In this document: positions 29,964 to 39,404 of the stretch, in pieces
Layout of the letters: each line of letters starts with the position of its first letter
Position numbering within the stretch: position 1 is the first letter of the stretch
Assembly (NCBI GenBank): GCA_964517845.1
Contig: CAZFCQ010000007.1
Span: 14,087 to 78,086, forward strand
From: an uncultured Thermoprotei archaeon
GTDB taxonomy: Archaea; Thermoproteota; Thermoprotei; QMSL01; B3-G16
DNA length: 64,000 nucleotides
Reading direction: 5' to 3'
Made by a program: the position numbers and the translations under genes
The notes under the pieces: model-generated
Told to the model about the DNA's origin: nothing
Databases searched by the model: none
Seen by the model: only the letters and a program-made list of their open reading frames with translations

Positions 29964-30383
29964 ATGAGAAGGAGTATAAGCGTCTACGTTTCTCTACCTA
30001 TGATAAGTATGGAGAATTTTGACTTCCATAAAAATTATGTCCAAATAATAAAAGAACTGGGATTGAAAGTGATCTCTGAGTGGGTATGTATTCCTCCATA
30101 TAATGAAAAACTCCCACCAAGAAGTATATTTGAGAGGGATATTAAAGCTATTAATGTAAGCGACTTATTAATAGCGGATATAACTCATCAAAGCCACGGA
30201 GTTGGAATGGAGATTATGTATGCTTACATGTTAGGAAAAAAGTTAATAGTTACCTTTAAGAAAGGATCGAAAGTTTCTCGCATGATACTAGGAATCCCAG
30301 GGATATTATGTGTGGAATATGAGAGCCTTAGTGATCTAAGAGAAAAACTTAGTGAAGCTATAAAGAGAATGTGGGCGGATTAA
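29964..30383 (+). CDS. Nucleoside 2-deoxyribosyltransferase / dNMP N-hydrolase (Rcl/DNPH1-like)
   Basis: IFERDIKAI..SDLLIA...SHGVGMEI and SRMILG motifs. Confidence 0.8.
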   Translation: MRRSISVYVSLPMISMENFDFHKNYVQIIKELGLKVISEWVCIPPYNEKLPPRSIFERDIKAINVSDLLIADITHQSHGVGMEIMYAYMLGKKLIVTFKKGSKVSRMILGIPGILCVEYESLSDLREKLSEAIKRMWAD

Positions 30384-30385
30384 TC

Positions 30386-31114
30386 TTAATAGTAAAGCAG
30401 TTCATAAGCTCTAACAGCATACGATATCGCTTTATCTTTTGCTTTCTTCATGATGAGATCCTTAGCTATTTCATAGTACTTCTGTGCTTCTTTCTTGTAT
30501 TCCTGCTTAGGTGAAGAACTAAGTAGCTGCTCAGTTAGAAACAGTATTTCATCAACAATGTCCATATTCATATACTTAATTTTATGGAAATATCTGATTC
30601 TCTCCTCTAGATCTTTGAACGGTTTTCTTTCATGAGCTAACTGAGCTAGCTTATAGCCTAGATCGTATGCTTTTTCTAACGCATTGTCTAAATTAAATCG
30701 CGAGACAGGTAAAGGCTCTAAAGCACGTATATTTTTACAAAAGAAGAAATGATAAATGCTTTTAATGGCTAATACTAGGCCTTTTCCGGTACCTCCAGCT
30801 ACAGCTATTCCAAAGCCTGGTTTTCCATTTGAATTACCAAGATCTATTGTATCCATGAAGTCCTTAGTTAATCCATTTATATCAAGATAGTAAACTGGTG
30901 CTCCTATAATATAACCGTCTGCTTCTTTCATGATACCGTTTAGTTCATTAGGAGCTTTAGGAGATTGAGGAGTCCAAGGTCTTATATCGTAATCTATTAG
31001 ATAGATTATTTTCGTATCAACTCCAGCCTTAGATGCTCCTTCCAAAGCTTTATTAACTAGCTTACTAGTTAGCCCACTCTTACGTGGACTACCCACTATA
31101 CCAACTACTAACAT
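30386..31114 (-). CDS. Flavodoxin-fold NAD(P)H-dependent FMN reductase family protein
   Basis: IVGSPRKSGLT and GAPVYY motifs; lacks the Fe-S Cys motif of Isf proteins. Confidence 0.8.
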   Translation of the reverse strand: MLVVGIVGSPRKSGLTSKLVNKALEGASKAGVDTKIIYLIDYDIRPWTPQSPKAPNELNGIMKEADGYIIGAPVYYLDINGLTKDFMDTIDLGNSNGKPGFGIAVAGGTGKGLVLAIKSIYHFFFCKNIRALEPLPVSRFNLDNALEKAYDLGYKLAQLAHERKPFKDLEERIRYFHKIKYMNMDIVDEILFLTEQLLSSSPKQEYKKEAQKYYEIAKDLIMKKAKDKAISYAVRAYELLYY

Positions 31115-31413
31115 GGGGATGACCTAAGAAGACTTTAAAGCGATTTAGATTATATCTTTTTCCAGAAGGAGAATAAAACCAGACTTGGCTTTTTTCATTA
31201 GAGCCTTATTAAGAAGTTCAAGATAGGGAGCATTCTCAGAAATATAGATTAAAACACTATATACTCGTATGTAGTTACGGTATCGACATATTAGTTATTC
31301 CTAGATAGACTATGCTAGCATCATTAGGGTGATATCCAAGTAATATTAACTTTCCCTGTTAAGCAATTAGTAAAAAACCGTTTAATGATTTTTATCATGA
31401 GAGATGAAGCCAT

Positions 31414-32172
31414 ATGTCAGCATTACCCGTACTTAAGGTTGAAGGGAATAACCTTCCAGAAGTATGGGAGAGATCCATTATAGAGTTGTGGAAATATGGT
31501 ATAGAGATTGATACAGAGTATGGCCAAAAAAGTAAAGATTGTACTATGGTTATGGTAATAAGGAGGCCATTAAGTGAGCCGCGTATACACCGAGCTGGAC
31601 TTACAATTGGTAGGCTAGTGGATCTGGAGGGGTATTTACATGAGGTAATAGATGGAGAGAGGGATTACTTAGTAAGAGAAGGTAAAATACCGTATACATA
31701 TCATGAGCGATTATTCTCATATAGCGATGAAGGACATATTATAAATCAAGTTGAATATATCGTTGATAAATTATCAAAAGCTCCTTACTCTCGAAGAGCA
31801 CAAGCCATAACATGGAAACCTAGACAGGATACTAAAATCGATGCTCCGCCATGTCTTCAAAGAATTTGGTGCAGAGTGTATAACTGTCGCTTAGTAATGC
31901 ACGCGATATGGAGATCAAGAGACGCTTTAAAGGCAGCATTTATGAATATGTATGTTCTCACAGAATTACAGTCTAGAATTGCAAGTGAGCTTAGTAGAAG
32001 GTTAGGTAAGAAGATAGACGTAGGAGAATATGTAGATATTAGTAATAGCTATCACATTTATGAGCAAGATTATAAGAATGTAGAAGTTCTTCTTAAGGCT
32101 ATTTGTACACGACCTTGGAGACAAAGAGTATGGACTACAGAAGAGTATTTAAGAATGATTAGGAAAGCTTAA
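31414..32172 (+). CDS. thyA: Archaeal thymidylate synthase (ThyA-fold)
   Basis: YTYHERL, SRRAQA, PPCLQ, WRSRD...N and SYHIYE motifs. Confidence 0.8.
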   Translation: MSALPVLKVEGNNLPEVWERSIIELWKYGIEIDTEYGQKSKDCTMVMVIRRPLSEPRIHRAGLTIGRLVDLEGYLHEVIDGERDYLVREGKIPYTYHERLFSYSDEGHIINQVEYIVDKLSKAPYSRRAQAITWKPRQDTKIDAPPCLQRIWCRVYNCRLVMHAIWRSRDALKAAFMNMYVLTELQSRIASELSRRLGKKIDVGEYVDISNSYHIYEQDYKNVEVLLKAICTRPWRQRVWTTEEYLRMIRKA

Positions 32173-32304
32173 CTATTAGTTAATGAATCTTTTTATAAGT
32201 ATAATATGAGTACCTTTAGATGTAGAATAACTAGTAGGTAATATTAGACATAGATGAGACAGCTTTCACAATGCAAATTTGTATATTACTACGGTGTATG
32301 TAGC

Positions 32305-34389
32305 ATGCATAAAGTACGCATAGGGATAGACATAGGTGGTACGTTCACTGATTTAGTAATTTATAATGAAAAGAAAAACACATTCATAATGAGAAAAATT
32401 GCTACTTCTCCTAGTTCTTTAGAGTCATCAGTACTTAAGCTAATAGACGATATAATGAGAGAAGGATATAGAGCACAAGATATCGAAATGATACTTCATG
32501 CAACTACAATAGCTACAAATGCCCTCTTAGGCCAAAAAGGACTAAGATTACCCAAAGCCGCCTTAATTACAACTAAGGGATTTATAGATATAATAGAAAT
32601 AGGTAGGCAGCGTAGACCAGAACTCTATAACCTATTTACTAAAAAATTAAGACCTCTCATTCCTCGAAGGTTACGGTTTGGAATCACAGAAAGGATAAAT
32701 GCGCAAGGTGAAGTCATAATACCTCTTAATGAGAACGAATTGAGAGAAGTATGTAAAAAACTTCGCAAAGAGAATATAGAAGCGATAGTCGTATGTTTCT
32801 TAAACTCCTATATCAATCCTATTCATGAAATAAGAGCTAAGGAAATAATTAAGGAAGAGGTACCACACGCTTGGATTGTGATATCTTCCGAGGTAGATCC
32901 TCAGTATAAAGAATATGAGAGAACAAGTACAACTATTATTAACGCAATTCTTGGTCCTATAGTATCCAAGTATTTAACAAATATCGAAAGAGGACTTCGT
33001 AAGAGAAACATAAAAGCTTCACTATTTATAATGAAGTCAAGTGGGGGAGTAGCTCCTATAAAATCAATAATTCGAAGGCCTGCAGCAATGATAGAGTCAG
33101 GACCTGCAGCAGGAGTCATTGCCACATCATTTTTAAGTAAGATCCTGAATAGGAAGAAGGCTATAAGTTTCGATATGGGCGGTACTACAGCTAAAGCAGG
33201 TATTATAATAGATAACATACCCAGCGTTAGATATGAACTAGAAGTAGGAAAAGTACACAAGGGAGGCGAGGGAGAAGGTATAGATTATATAGTTCGAGAG
33301 CCAGTAATAGATTTAGCAGAGTGTAGCGCAGGAGGAGGTTCTATAGCATGGATAGATGAGGAAGGATTACTTAGAGTAGGACCTTTAAGTGCAGGAGCAT
33401 ATCCAGGTCCAGCCTGTTATGGAAGAGGAGGAGAAGATCCTACAGTAACGGATGCTAATTTAGTGTTAGGGAGAATGCCAAGGAAAATACTTAATGGAAG
33501 TATGCAACTTCATATAGATAATGCCTTAAAAGCAATAGAAGAGAAGATATGCAAAAAGATAGGATGGAACACAATTGAAGCCGCCGAAGGAATACTACGC
33601 ATAGTCAATAACGAAATGGCTAATATAATAAAATTGATGACGATTGAGAGAGGACTTGATCCTAGAGAATTTACATTAGTAGCTTATGGTGGAGCTGGTC
33701 CTCTTCATGCTACAGATTTAGCAGAAGAGCTAGATATAAAGGAGGTAATAATACCCCCTCTTCCAGGAAACTTCTCAGCATACGGACTTATAGTAACAGA
33801 TATACAGTATGAATATGTAAAATCCTTGTTAAAACCTTTGAGTAGTATAGATCCTAAGGAATTAGAGGAGGAATACATACTCTTAGAGGAGAAGGCATTA
33901 AGAGATATCTCTAAGGATATCAATGAAATGAACAGTGTTATAATATTCAGATATGCGGAACTACGATATCTTGGACAATCTTATGGAGTAATGATATCAG
34001 TACCTAGACCTATAGGCTCCTATAAGGATATAGAAACTATAAGGGGAAGATATTTAGAAAAGTATGAACAGATGTATCTGTACGCAAATCCTAGTCAAGC
34101 AATTGAGTTAGTTAATTTAAGGATAAATCTGATGATCCCTATCAAAAAGCCGCTTCTTAGAATGCCTACAAATCATGTAGGTATAGGAAAAACTGCATTA
34201 AGAGGTTATAGATCAGCATATTTAAACGGTGAAGTTATAAGGGTTCCAGTTTACGAGAGAAGTAAACTACCTGTAGGCTTCGAAATTGAAGGTCCTGCTT
34301 TTATTGAAGAATATGGATCTACAACTTTTGTAAGTACATCATGGAGTGCCATAGTAGATGAGTATGGAAATTTAATACTTAAAAGGTGA
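32305..34389 (+). CDS. hyuA: Hydantoinase/oxoprolinase subunit A
   Basis: DIGGTFTD, HATTIATNA, ESGPAAG, DMGGTT and GPACYGRGG motifs. Confidence 0.9.
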   Translation: MHKVRIGIDIGGTFTDLVIYNEKKNTFIMRKIATSPSSLESSVLKLIDDIMREGYRAQDIEMILHATTIATNALLGQKGLRLPKAALITTKGFIDIIEIGRQRRPELYNLFTKKLRPLIPRRLRFGITERINAQGEVIIPLNENELREVCKKLRKENIEAIVVCFLNSYINPIHEIRAKEIIKEEVPHAWIVISSEVDPQYKEYERTSTTIINAILGPIVSKYLTNIERGLRKRNIKASLFIMKSSGGVAPIKSIIRRPAAMIESGPAAGVIATSFLSKILNRKKAISFDMGGTTAKAGIIIDNIPSVRYELEVGKVHKGGEGEGIDYIVREPVIDLAECSAGGGSIAWIDEEGLLRVGPLSAGAYPGPACYGRGGEDPTVTDANLVLGRMPRKILNGSMQLHIDNALKAIEEKICKKIGWNTIEAAEGILRIVNNEMANIIKLMTIERGLDPREFTLVAYGGAGPLHATDLAEELDIKEVIIPPLPGNFSAYGLIVTDIQYEYVKSLLKPLSSIDPKELEEEYILLEEKALRDISKDINEMNSVIIFRYAELRYLGQSYGVMISVPRPIGSYKDIETIRGRYLEKYEQMYLYANPSQAIELVNLRINLMIPIKKPLLRMPTNHVGIGKTALRGYRSAYLNGEVIRVPVYERSKLPVGFEIEGPAFIEEYGSTTFVSTSWSAIVDEYGNLILKR

Positions 34390-36071
34390 AATACATGGAC
34401 CTCATTACCTTCCAGGTAATTCGAGGAAGCTTAGTAAATGCCTGTAAAGAAGCAGGTATAGTTTTAAGAAACACAGCATTCTCCCCAAATATAAAAGAAA
34501 GAATGGATCATTCAACAGCCATAATAACTCCTAACATAGAACTAGTAGCCCAAGCTGAGCATATTCCTGTGCATCTAGGATCTATGTCATGGGGCGTTAA
34601 GAATACATTAAAACATATAGACGAGTTAGAAGAAGGGGATATAATAATAGTTAATGATCCCTACATAGCTGGAACACACTTACCAGACTTGTTAATGATT
34701 AAACCTGTGTTCTTTAAAGGGGAGATTATAGCCTTTGTTGTTAATAAAGCACACCATTCTGACATAGGAGGTATGACCCCAGGTAGTATGCCTAGTGATG
34801 CTTCTGAAATATATCAGGAAGGGCTTATAATACCACCAGTTAAACTTGTTAAGAGAGGAAGAGTTAATGAGGATATCTTAAGACTGATTTTAGCCAATGT
34901 TAGAACTCCTAAAGTAAGGCTGGGAGACATAGAGGCCCAAATTTCAGCTAATATGATACTAGAGAAAAGAATAGTAGAAATAGCAAAGAAATATGGTACT
35001 GAAAGTCTCTTAGAAGTCATGGAGAAAATGCTAGTTCGTTCTGAAAGAATGCTAAGAAGAAGAATTGCTCATATACCTCAGGGAAAGTATCAAGGAGAGG
35101 ATTACCTTGAAGCTAAAGATAAAATACTAAGAATAAAAGCAACGATAGAAATTAAAGAAGGAAACATTTTAATCGATTTCAGAGGAAGTGACGAACAGGT
35201 AGACGAACCTATTAATGCAGTAATGGGTGTTACCTTAGCATGTGTTTTATATGTTTTAAAAACGATTTCTGATCCTTACGGAATTGCAAATGACGGATAT
35301 TTGAGAATTACAAAAGTATATGCACCAGAGGGAACTATTGTAAATGCTAAGCCTCCAGCACCAGTATCTGGAGGTAACGTAGAGACATCACAACGTATAG
35401 TAGATGTGTTATTTAAGGCTCTTTCTAAGGCACTACCAAATACAATACCAGCTGCAAGTCAGGGAACCATGAACAATATCTCAGTTGGGGGATATGATGA
35501 AAAAGGTAATGGATGGACTTTTTATGAAACCATAGGTGGAGGCATGGGTGCTAGACCAATGTTAGATGGACTAGACGGCGTACACACACATATGACTAAT
35601 ACCATGAACACGCCAATTGAAGTTCTAGAGAAGTACTATCCAATAATGTTTGTAAAATATGAGCTAAGAAGAGATAGTTGTGGGGCAGGTATGTGGAGAG
35701 GAGGATGTGGTATTGAGAGGGTATGGATTTTTCTAGGTAAAAAAGCTACATTATCTATAATGGGGAATAGAGTATATACGAGACCATGGGGCCTTAAAGG
35801 CGGTATGCCAGGAGCACCTGCAGAGTATATTATAGAGAAGAGCGATGGTAAAACAATAAGACTAAAGCCTATGTCGACTATCAGGATTTTTAAAGGAGAT
35901 AAAATAATAATAAGAACTCCGGGTGGAGGAGGATACGGAGATCCTCTAAAGAGAGATAGAGAGAAAGTAATCAATGATTACTTAAATGGTAAAATTAGCA
36001 AAGAGACTATGAATAATGTATATAATATACAGTATACTATTGGAGAAGGAGAGAAACCTAATGTTATTTAG
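34386..36071 (+). CDS. hyuB: Hydantoinase B/oxoprolinase subunit
   Basis: HIPVHLGS, NDPY..GTHLPD, HHSDIGG and TPGGGGYG motifs. Confidence 0.9.
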   Translation: MKYMDLITFQVIRGSLVNACKEAGIVLRNTAFSPNIKERMDHSTAIITPNIELVAQAEHIPVHLGSMSWGVKNTLKHIDELEEGDIIIVNDPYIAGTHLPDLLMIKPVFFKGEIIAFVVNKAHHSDIGGMTPGSMPSDASEIYQEGLIIPPVKLVKRGRVNEDILRLILANVRTPKVRLGDIEAQISANMILEKRIVEIAKKYGTESLLEVMEKMLVRSERMLRRRIAHIPQGKYQGEDYLEAKDKILRIKATIEIKEGNILIDFRGSDEQVDEPINAVMGVTLACVLYVLKTISDPYGIANDGYLRITKVYAPEGTIVNAKPPAPVSGGNVETSQRIVDVLFKALSKALPNTIPAASQGTMNNISVGGYDEKGNGWTFYETIGGGMGARPMLDGLDGVHTHMTNTMNTPIEVLEKYYPIMFVKYELRRDSCGAGMWRGGCGIERVWIFLGKKATLSIMGNRVYTRPWGLKGGMPGAPAEYIIEKSDGKTIRLKPMSTIRIFKGDKIIIRTPGGGGYGDPLKRDREKVINDYLNGKISKETMNNVYNIQYTIGEGEKPNVI

Positions 36072-36468
36072 TCTTAAGAAGAGTTATTATAAGGAGAATA
36101 GCTATTAGAGAGGCAGCAGAGGAGAAAAGAAGCACTACTTCTATGGGTTGATGCGAGAACAGCGTTAGGATTATGAACAAGATTGAGACGCATATACCTG
36201 TGATATTGGAAATATAGTATCTACGTACTAACATGAATGCCGATACTAAATAGAGCAGTCCTAGAATGGTGAGGGGGATGCCTCCGAAGATACTCATCGT
36301 AACGCCTCGGATTAAGTCTGAAAGAGATATGAGTAATGAAAGTATGCCAAGGGTTAATGAGAGAGATATCGATAACTTCTCGCATAGGCTTAAAACTTTC
36401 TGTGAATCACTTTTACTTAACATGAAAATAAGTAATAGTGATTCAGATATATTAGCTTTATTTATCAC
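36064..36468 (-). CDS. Small 4-TM membrane protein
   Basis: Strongly hydrophobic ORF downstream of the GH57-like gene. Confidence 0.5.
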   Translation of the reverse strand: MINKANISESLLLIFMLSKSDSQKVLSLCEKLSISLSLTLGILSLLISLSDLIRGVTMSIFGGIPLTILGLLYLVSAFMLVRRYYISNITGICVSILFIILTLFSHQPIEVVLLFSSAASLIAILLIITLLKTK

Positions 36469-36497
36469 ATCATTAATGGAGTGTTTTTATGTAATAT

Positions 36498-38183
36498 TTA
36501 AATAGTAACGGTAGGGAATACGTTTATCCTCTTAGCAAGTTCTAAGGCTTCTTTCTCGCTTCCCTTAAATATCGTTAATTTCCAAGAGAAAGATCTTTGA
36601 GGAGGAGTTCTCAATATAAATCCACAGCCACGAAGGGATTTATCAATTGAGAAGGCAACATGCATATACTCATTATGTTTTATAATGAATGTATCTTTGT
36701 TTAAGCTTATTAAACCATTAGGTAATGGTAGAGAGATTCTTTCGAACTTAAAGTCATTTAAATTAATGTAAACGAGTCTATCCTCCTCAAGCGCTGGAGA
36801 GTATCCTATTTCATCAGATAATAGGGGGAATATAACACCTACAAAGGATACCATTAGCTCAGGTGTAAATCTTAGGTCTATGGTATATTGATCCCTCTCG
36901 ACTCTATAACACTCTAGTTCATAAGAGGAGGCGCCTATTACTTGTAATGGTATAGGTGGATGAGCCTTTGAAATATTGCGTTTCTCCTCAAGTGATTTGG
37001 AGGATATCTCACCTGTGAACGTATTTACAGTAAGCTTACCCTTGAAGCCTAATTTCTTCTTTAAAAGGGTTATGACATATCTGGCATGGGCTAAAGCAGC
37101 TTTAGCTTCTATATCGGAGTAAAAGGCCTCTACTAGTGCAGGAAACCAGCCTGTTGAATCACTAGCTTCAGCTCTTAATTGATGTTTCCAGCCTTCCCTT
37201 ATTAGAAAGGATTCCTTATCAATATTTAAGCCTTGATTCCTAGCGTAATTTAATAGTGTCTCACAAGCTAGAAGGTATTTTCTACTCTTAAATGTCAGAG
37301 ATCTCGCTTCACAATCTCGTTCATAAGGATTCATGTAGACACCCATCCACATAAATACGCCTAAGGACACCCTCATATTCCACGATCCATCAACTATTCG
37401 ACTGAGCCTAACTGGAGCGAGTCCTTGCTTCTTGAGCATATCTACATACTCTGAAATAGTATACATTGTAAAGCCATGTTTCTCTAGATCTTCAATAATC
37501 TGTTCGAACTGAAGCCTAAGGTCTTCACGATAGGTAAGACTTTTAGAAAACATCGGAGATCTACCTGTTAGAAGTGGCTCTCCATCTCCATACCATACCC
37601 ATGTCCATTTAACATCTTCATATTCGTTTACGATGGGTCTTCTTCCCCTAGGTGGTGTAGCTATTAAAACTATGATATCGTTATATTCATAGTAAGGATA
37701 AAGTTTTTCCTCTCCATGAAGATATTCATAATAATCCTTTGTAATTGTAGCTATTTTAAAGCCGTATTCTTTCATGAAAGAAAAAGCTCCTTCTCCGAAG
37801 AAGTTCTCCTGTGTGAAAAATACTGATGACCTCTTGATATTTAGTTCACTTAGTAGGGAATCGTTTATCGTTACTGACTTAACCATGTCATATCGAGGAT
37901 AGGCTAGCCATATCTGATCAGAATAATGCGCAGATACAAGTTCTATTTGACCTCTATTAATTAATAATCTAAGTTTATCGATTATATGAGGGTAGTGTTC
38001 TTTAAGGTATTCTAAGAAGTAGCCTTGAAGCTCTAAGTCACATTTCCACTTAGGATGGGCTAGATACAGATCTAAGAACGGTTCAAAGCTTTCAAAGATT
38101 ATTTCGTCGTAAGTATGTACTGCCCCAGCTACGAATTGTATGTTGAAATGGTATAGTGAGAGTATTGCTTTAATATCATTCAT
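36498..38183 (-). CDS. Glycoside hydrolase family 57-like protein
   Basis: HFNIQ, GQIELVS, QEN (nucleophile position), GDGE (acid/base position) and AEASD..GW conserved regions. Confidence 0.7.
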   Translation of the reverse strand: MNDIKAILSLYHFNIQFVAGAVHTYDEIIFESFEPFLDLYLAHPKWKCDLELQGYFLEYLKEHYPHIIDKLRLLINRGQIELVSAHYSDQIWLAYPRYDMVKSVTINDSLLSELNIKRSSVFFTQENFFGEGAFSFMKEYGFKIATITKDYYEYLHGEEKLYPYYEYNDIIVLIATPPRGRRPIVNEYEDVKWTWVWYGDGEPLLTGRSPMFSKSLTYREDLRLQFEQIIEDLEKHGFTMYTISEYVDMLKKQGLAPVRLSRIVDGSWNMRVSLGVFMWMGVYMNPYERDCEARSLTFKSRKYLLACETLLNYARNQGLNIDKESFLIREGWKHQLRAEASDSTGWFPALVEAFYSDIEAKAALAHARYVITLLKKKLGFKGKLTVNTFTGEISSKSLEEKRNISKAHPPIPLQVIGASSYELECYRVERDQYTIDLRFTPELMVSFVGVIFPLLSDEIGYSPALEEDRLVYINLNDFKFERISLPLPNGLISLNKDTFIIKHNEYMHVAFSIDKSLRGCGFILRTPPQRSFSWKLTIFKGSEKEALELAKRINVFPTVTI

Positions 38184-38359
38184 GTATAATCTCCGCAGTA
38201 GATATAATCATGAAGTTAAGTATTAAAGTAAAACGCCTTAAAATAGAGATCCAATACAGAAGTTGTCTATCGATATTGCTCGGTAAAAAGATGAAGACTA
38301 ATCGAGCTTTCATAAAGAAATTTATGTTCTAATTTAAGATTGATAAAGGGGGATAATTC

Positions 38360-39175
38360 GTGAAGTTAGCAGTTTATACATTACTCTTCAGAGACCATGC
38401 TTTAGAAAGTATTGCTAAAATTCTTAAAGAATTAGGGTATGACGGTATAGAAATCAGAATTGCAGAGGATGGCATTCATATGCCTATTGATATCTCAGAC
38501 GATGAAGTAAAGAAAATAAAATATACTATGGACAATATGGGATTAGAAATACCTTGTATCTCATCTTATTGTAAGTTAGGTTATCCAGGAGACAGAGGAG
38601 AGACAGAGCTTAAAAAGATGGAAAAAGTCGGAAGAGTAGCGGAAATCTTAGGGTCTTATTATTTCAGAATACAAACCGCTAACTATAATCCTGAATTAGG
38701 ATACGAGAAAATGCGCGAAATCATCAGAAAACAAATAGAAGAAATTTCAACTAGACTAAAAAGGCATAACATAGAAGCTTTACCCATAATAGAACAGCAC
38801 GGTATAAGCTGTCTTTCATCTTCAGCAGGAATTCTAATAGACTTATTAAGGGGCATTTCTCCTGAGAAGATAGGCGTTCTTTATGATCCAGGTAATACCG
38901 TTCATGAAGGATGGGAAAGACCAGAAATTCAGATAGATATACTCAGGGATTATATAAAGTATGTACATGTGAAAAATTACGATCGTACACCAGAGAACCC
39001 TCGAAGAGCAGTACCTTCACCACTTGATAAAGGAATACTCGACTGGAAAATGATAATAGAGCGACTTAAGGCTATAGGGTATAATGGGTATCTCTCACTA
39101 GAGGACTTTAGGCCTATTCCACCTGAAGAAAGAGCAAAAGAAGCGATTAACTTCCTAAGATCTCTTATAAAATAA
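38360..39175 (+). CDS. Sugar phosphate isomerase/epimerase (xylose isomerase-like TIM barrel)
   Basis: GYDGIE, EQH, DPGN, VHVKN and GYLSLE motifs. Confidence 0.88.
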   Translation: MKLAVYTLLFRDHALESIAKILKELGYDGIEIRIAEDGIHMPIDISDDEVKKIKYTMDNMGLEIPCISSYCKLGYPGDRGETELKKMEKVGRVAEILGSYYFRIQTANYNPELGYEKMREIIRKQIEEISTRLKRHNIEALPIIEQHGISCLSSSAGILIDLLRGISPEKIGVLYDPGNTVHEGWERPEIQIDILRDYIKYVHVKNYDRTPENPRRAVPSPLDKGILDWKMIIERLKAIGYNGYLSLEDFRPIPPEERAKEAINFLRSLIK

Positions 39176-39331
39176 AAAGTGGAGCTGAGACTAAGCCTAA
39201 TCACTCTGCAAGAGTAATAGCGATCTACCTTAGACATTCATCGGTAAGCTCACGCTCACCATAAATGCCTAAGAGATAGACTCACTATACACTCCTGCAG
39301 GGCAACTAAGCCTGCTCCTCAGCTCCATTTT
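39176..39331 (-). ncRNA. Unannotated rod-like hairpin RNA with basal bulge-helix-bulge
   Basis: Near-continuous stem closed by a GUGA tetraloop; about 9-10 G-U pairs possible only on the minus strand; promoter upstream and U-tract downstream. Confidence 0.75.
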
Positions 39332-39349
39332 ATTAATAATAATCTTCCA

Positions 39350-39363
39350 TATATAAACCTTTG
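39350..39363 (-). promoter_or_regulatory. BRE/TATA promoter of the hairpin RNA
   Basis: Minus strand AAAGG-TTTATATA, centred ~26 nt upstream of the hairpin 5' end (~39327). Confidence 0.65.
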
Positions 39364-39404
39364 TTAGGATGTCTATTCTGACAATAATTTATTCTTTAAC
39401 TTAA

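Noticed and set aside
31115..31413. 300-bp intergenic region as a hidden gene or RNA
   Set aside because: No convincing ORF, box motifs or stable stem found by eye
39176..39331. Hairpin as 5S rRNA, SRP RNA, RNase P RNA, a small peptide gene or a simple terminator
   Set aside because: None of the conserved motifs of those RNAs are visible; the internal ATG gives only a 19-aa peptide; the hairpin is far longer than a terminator and has its own promoter
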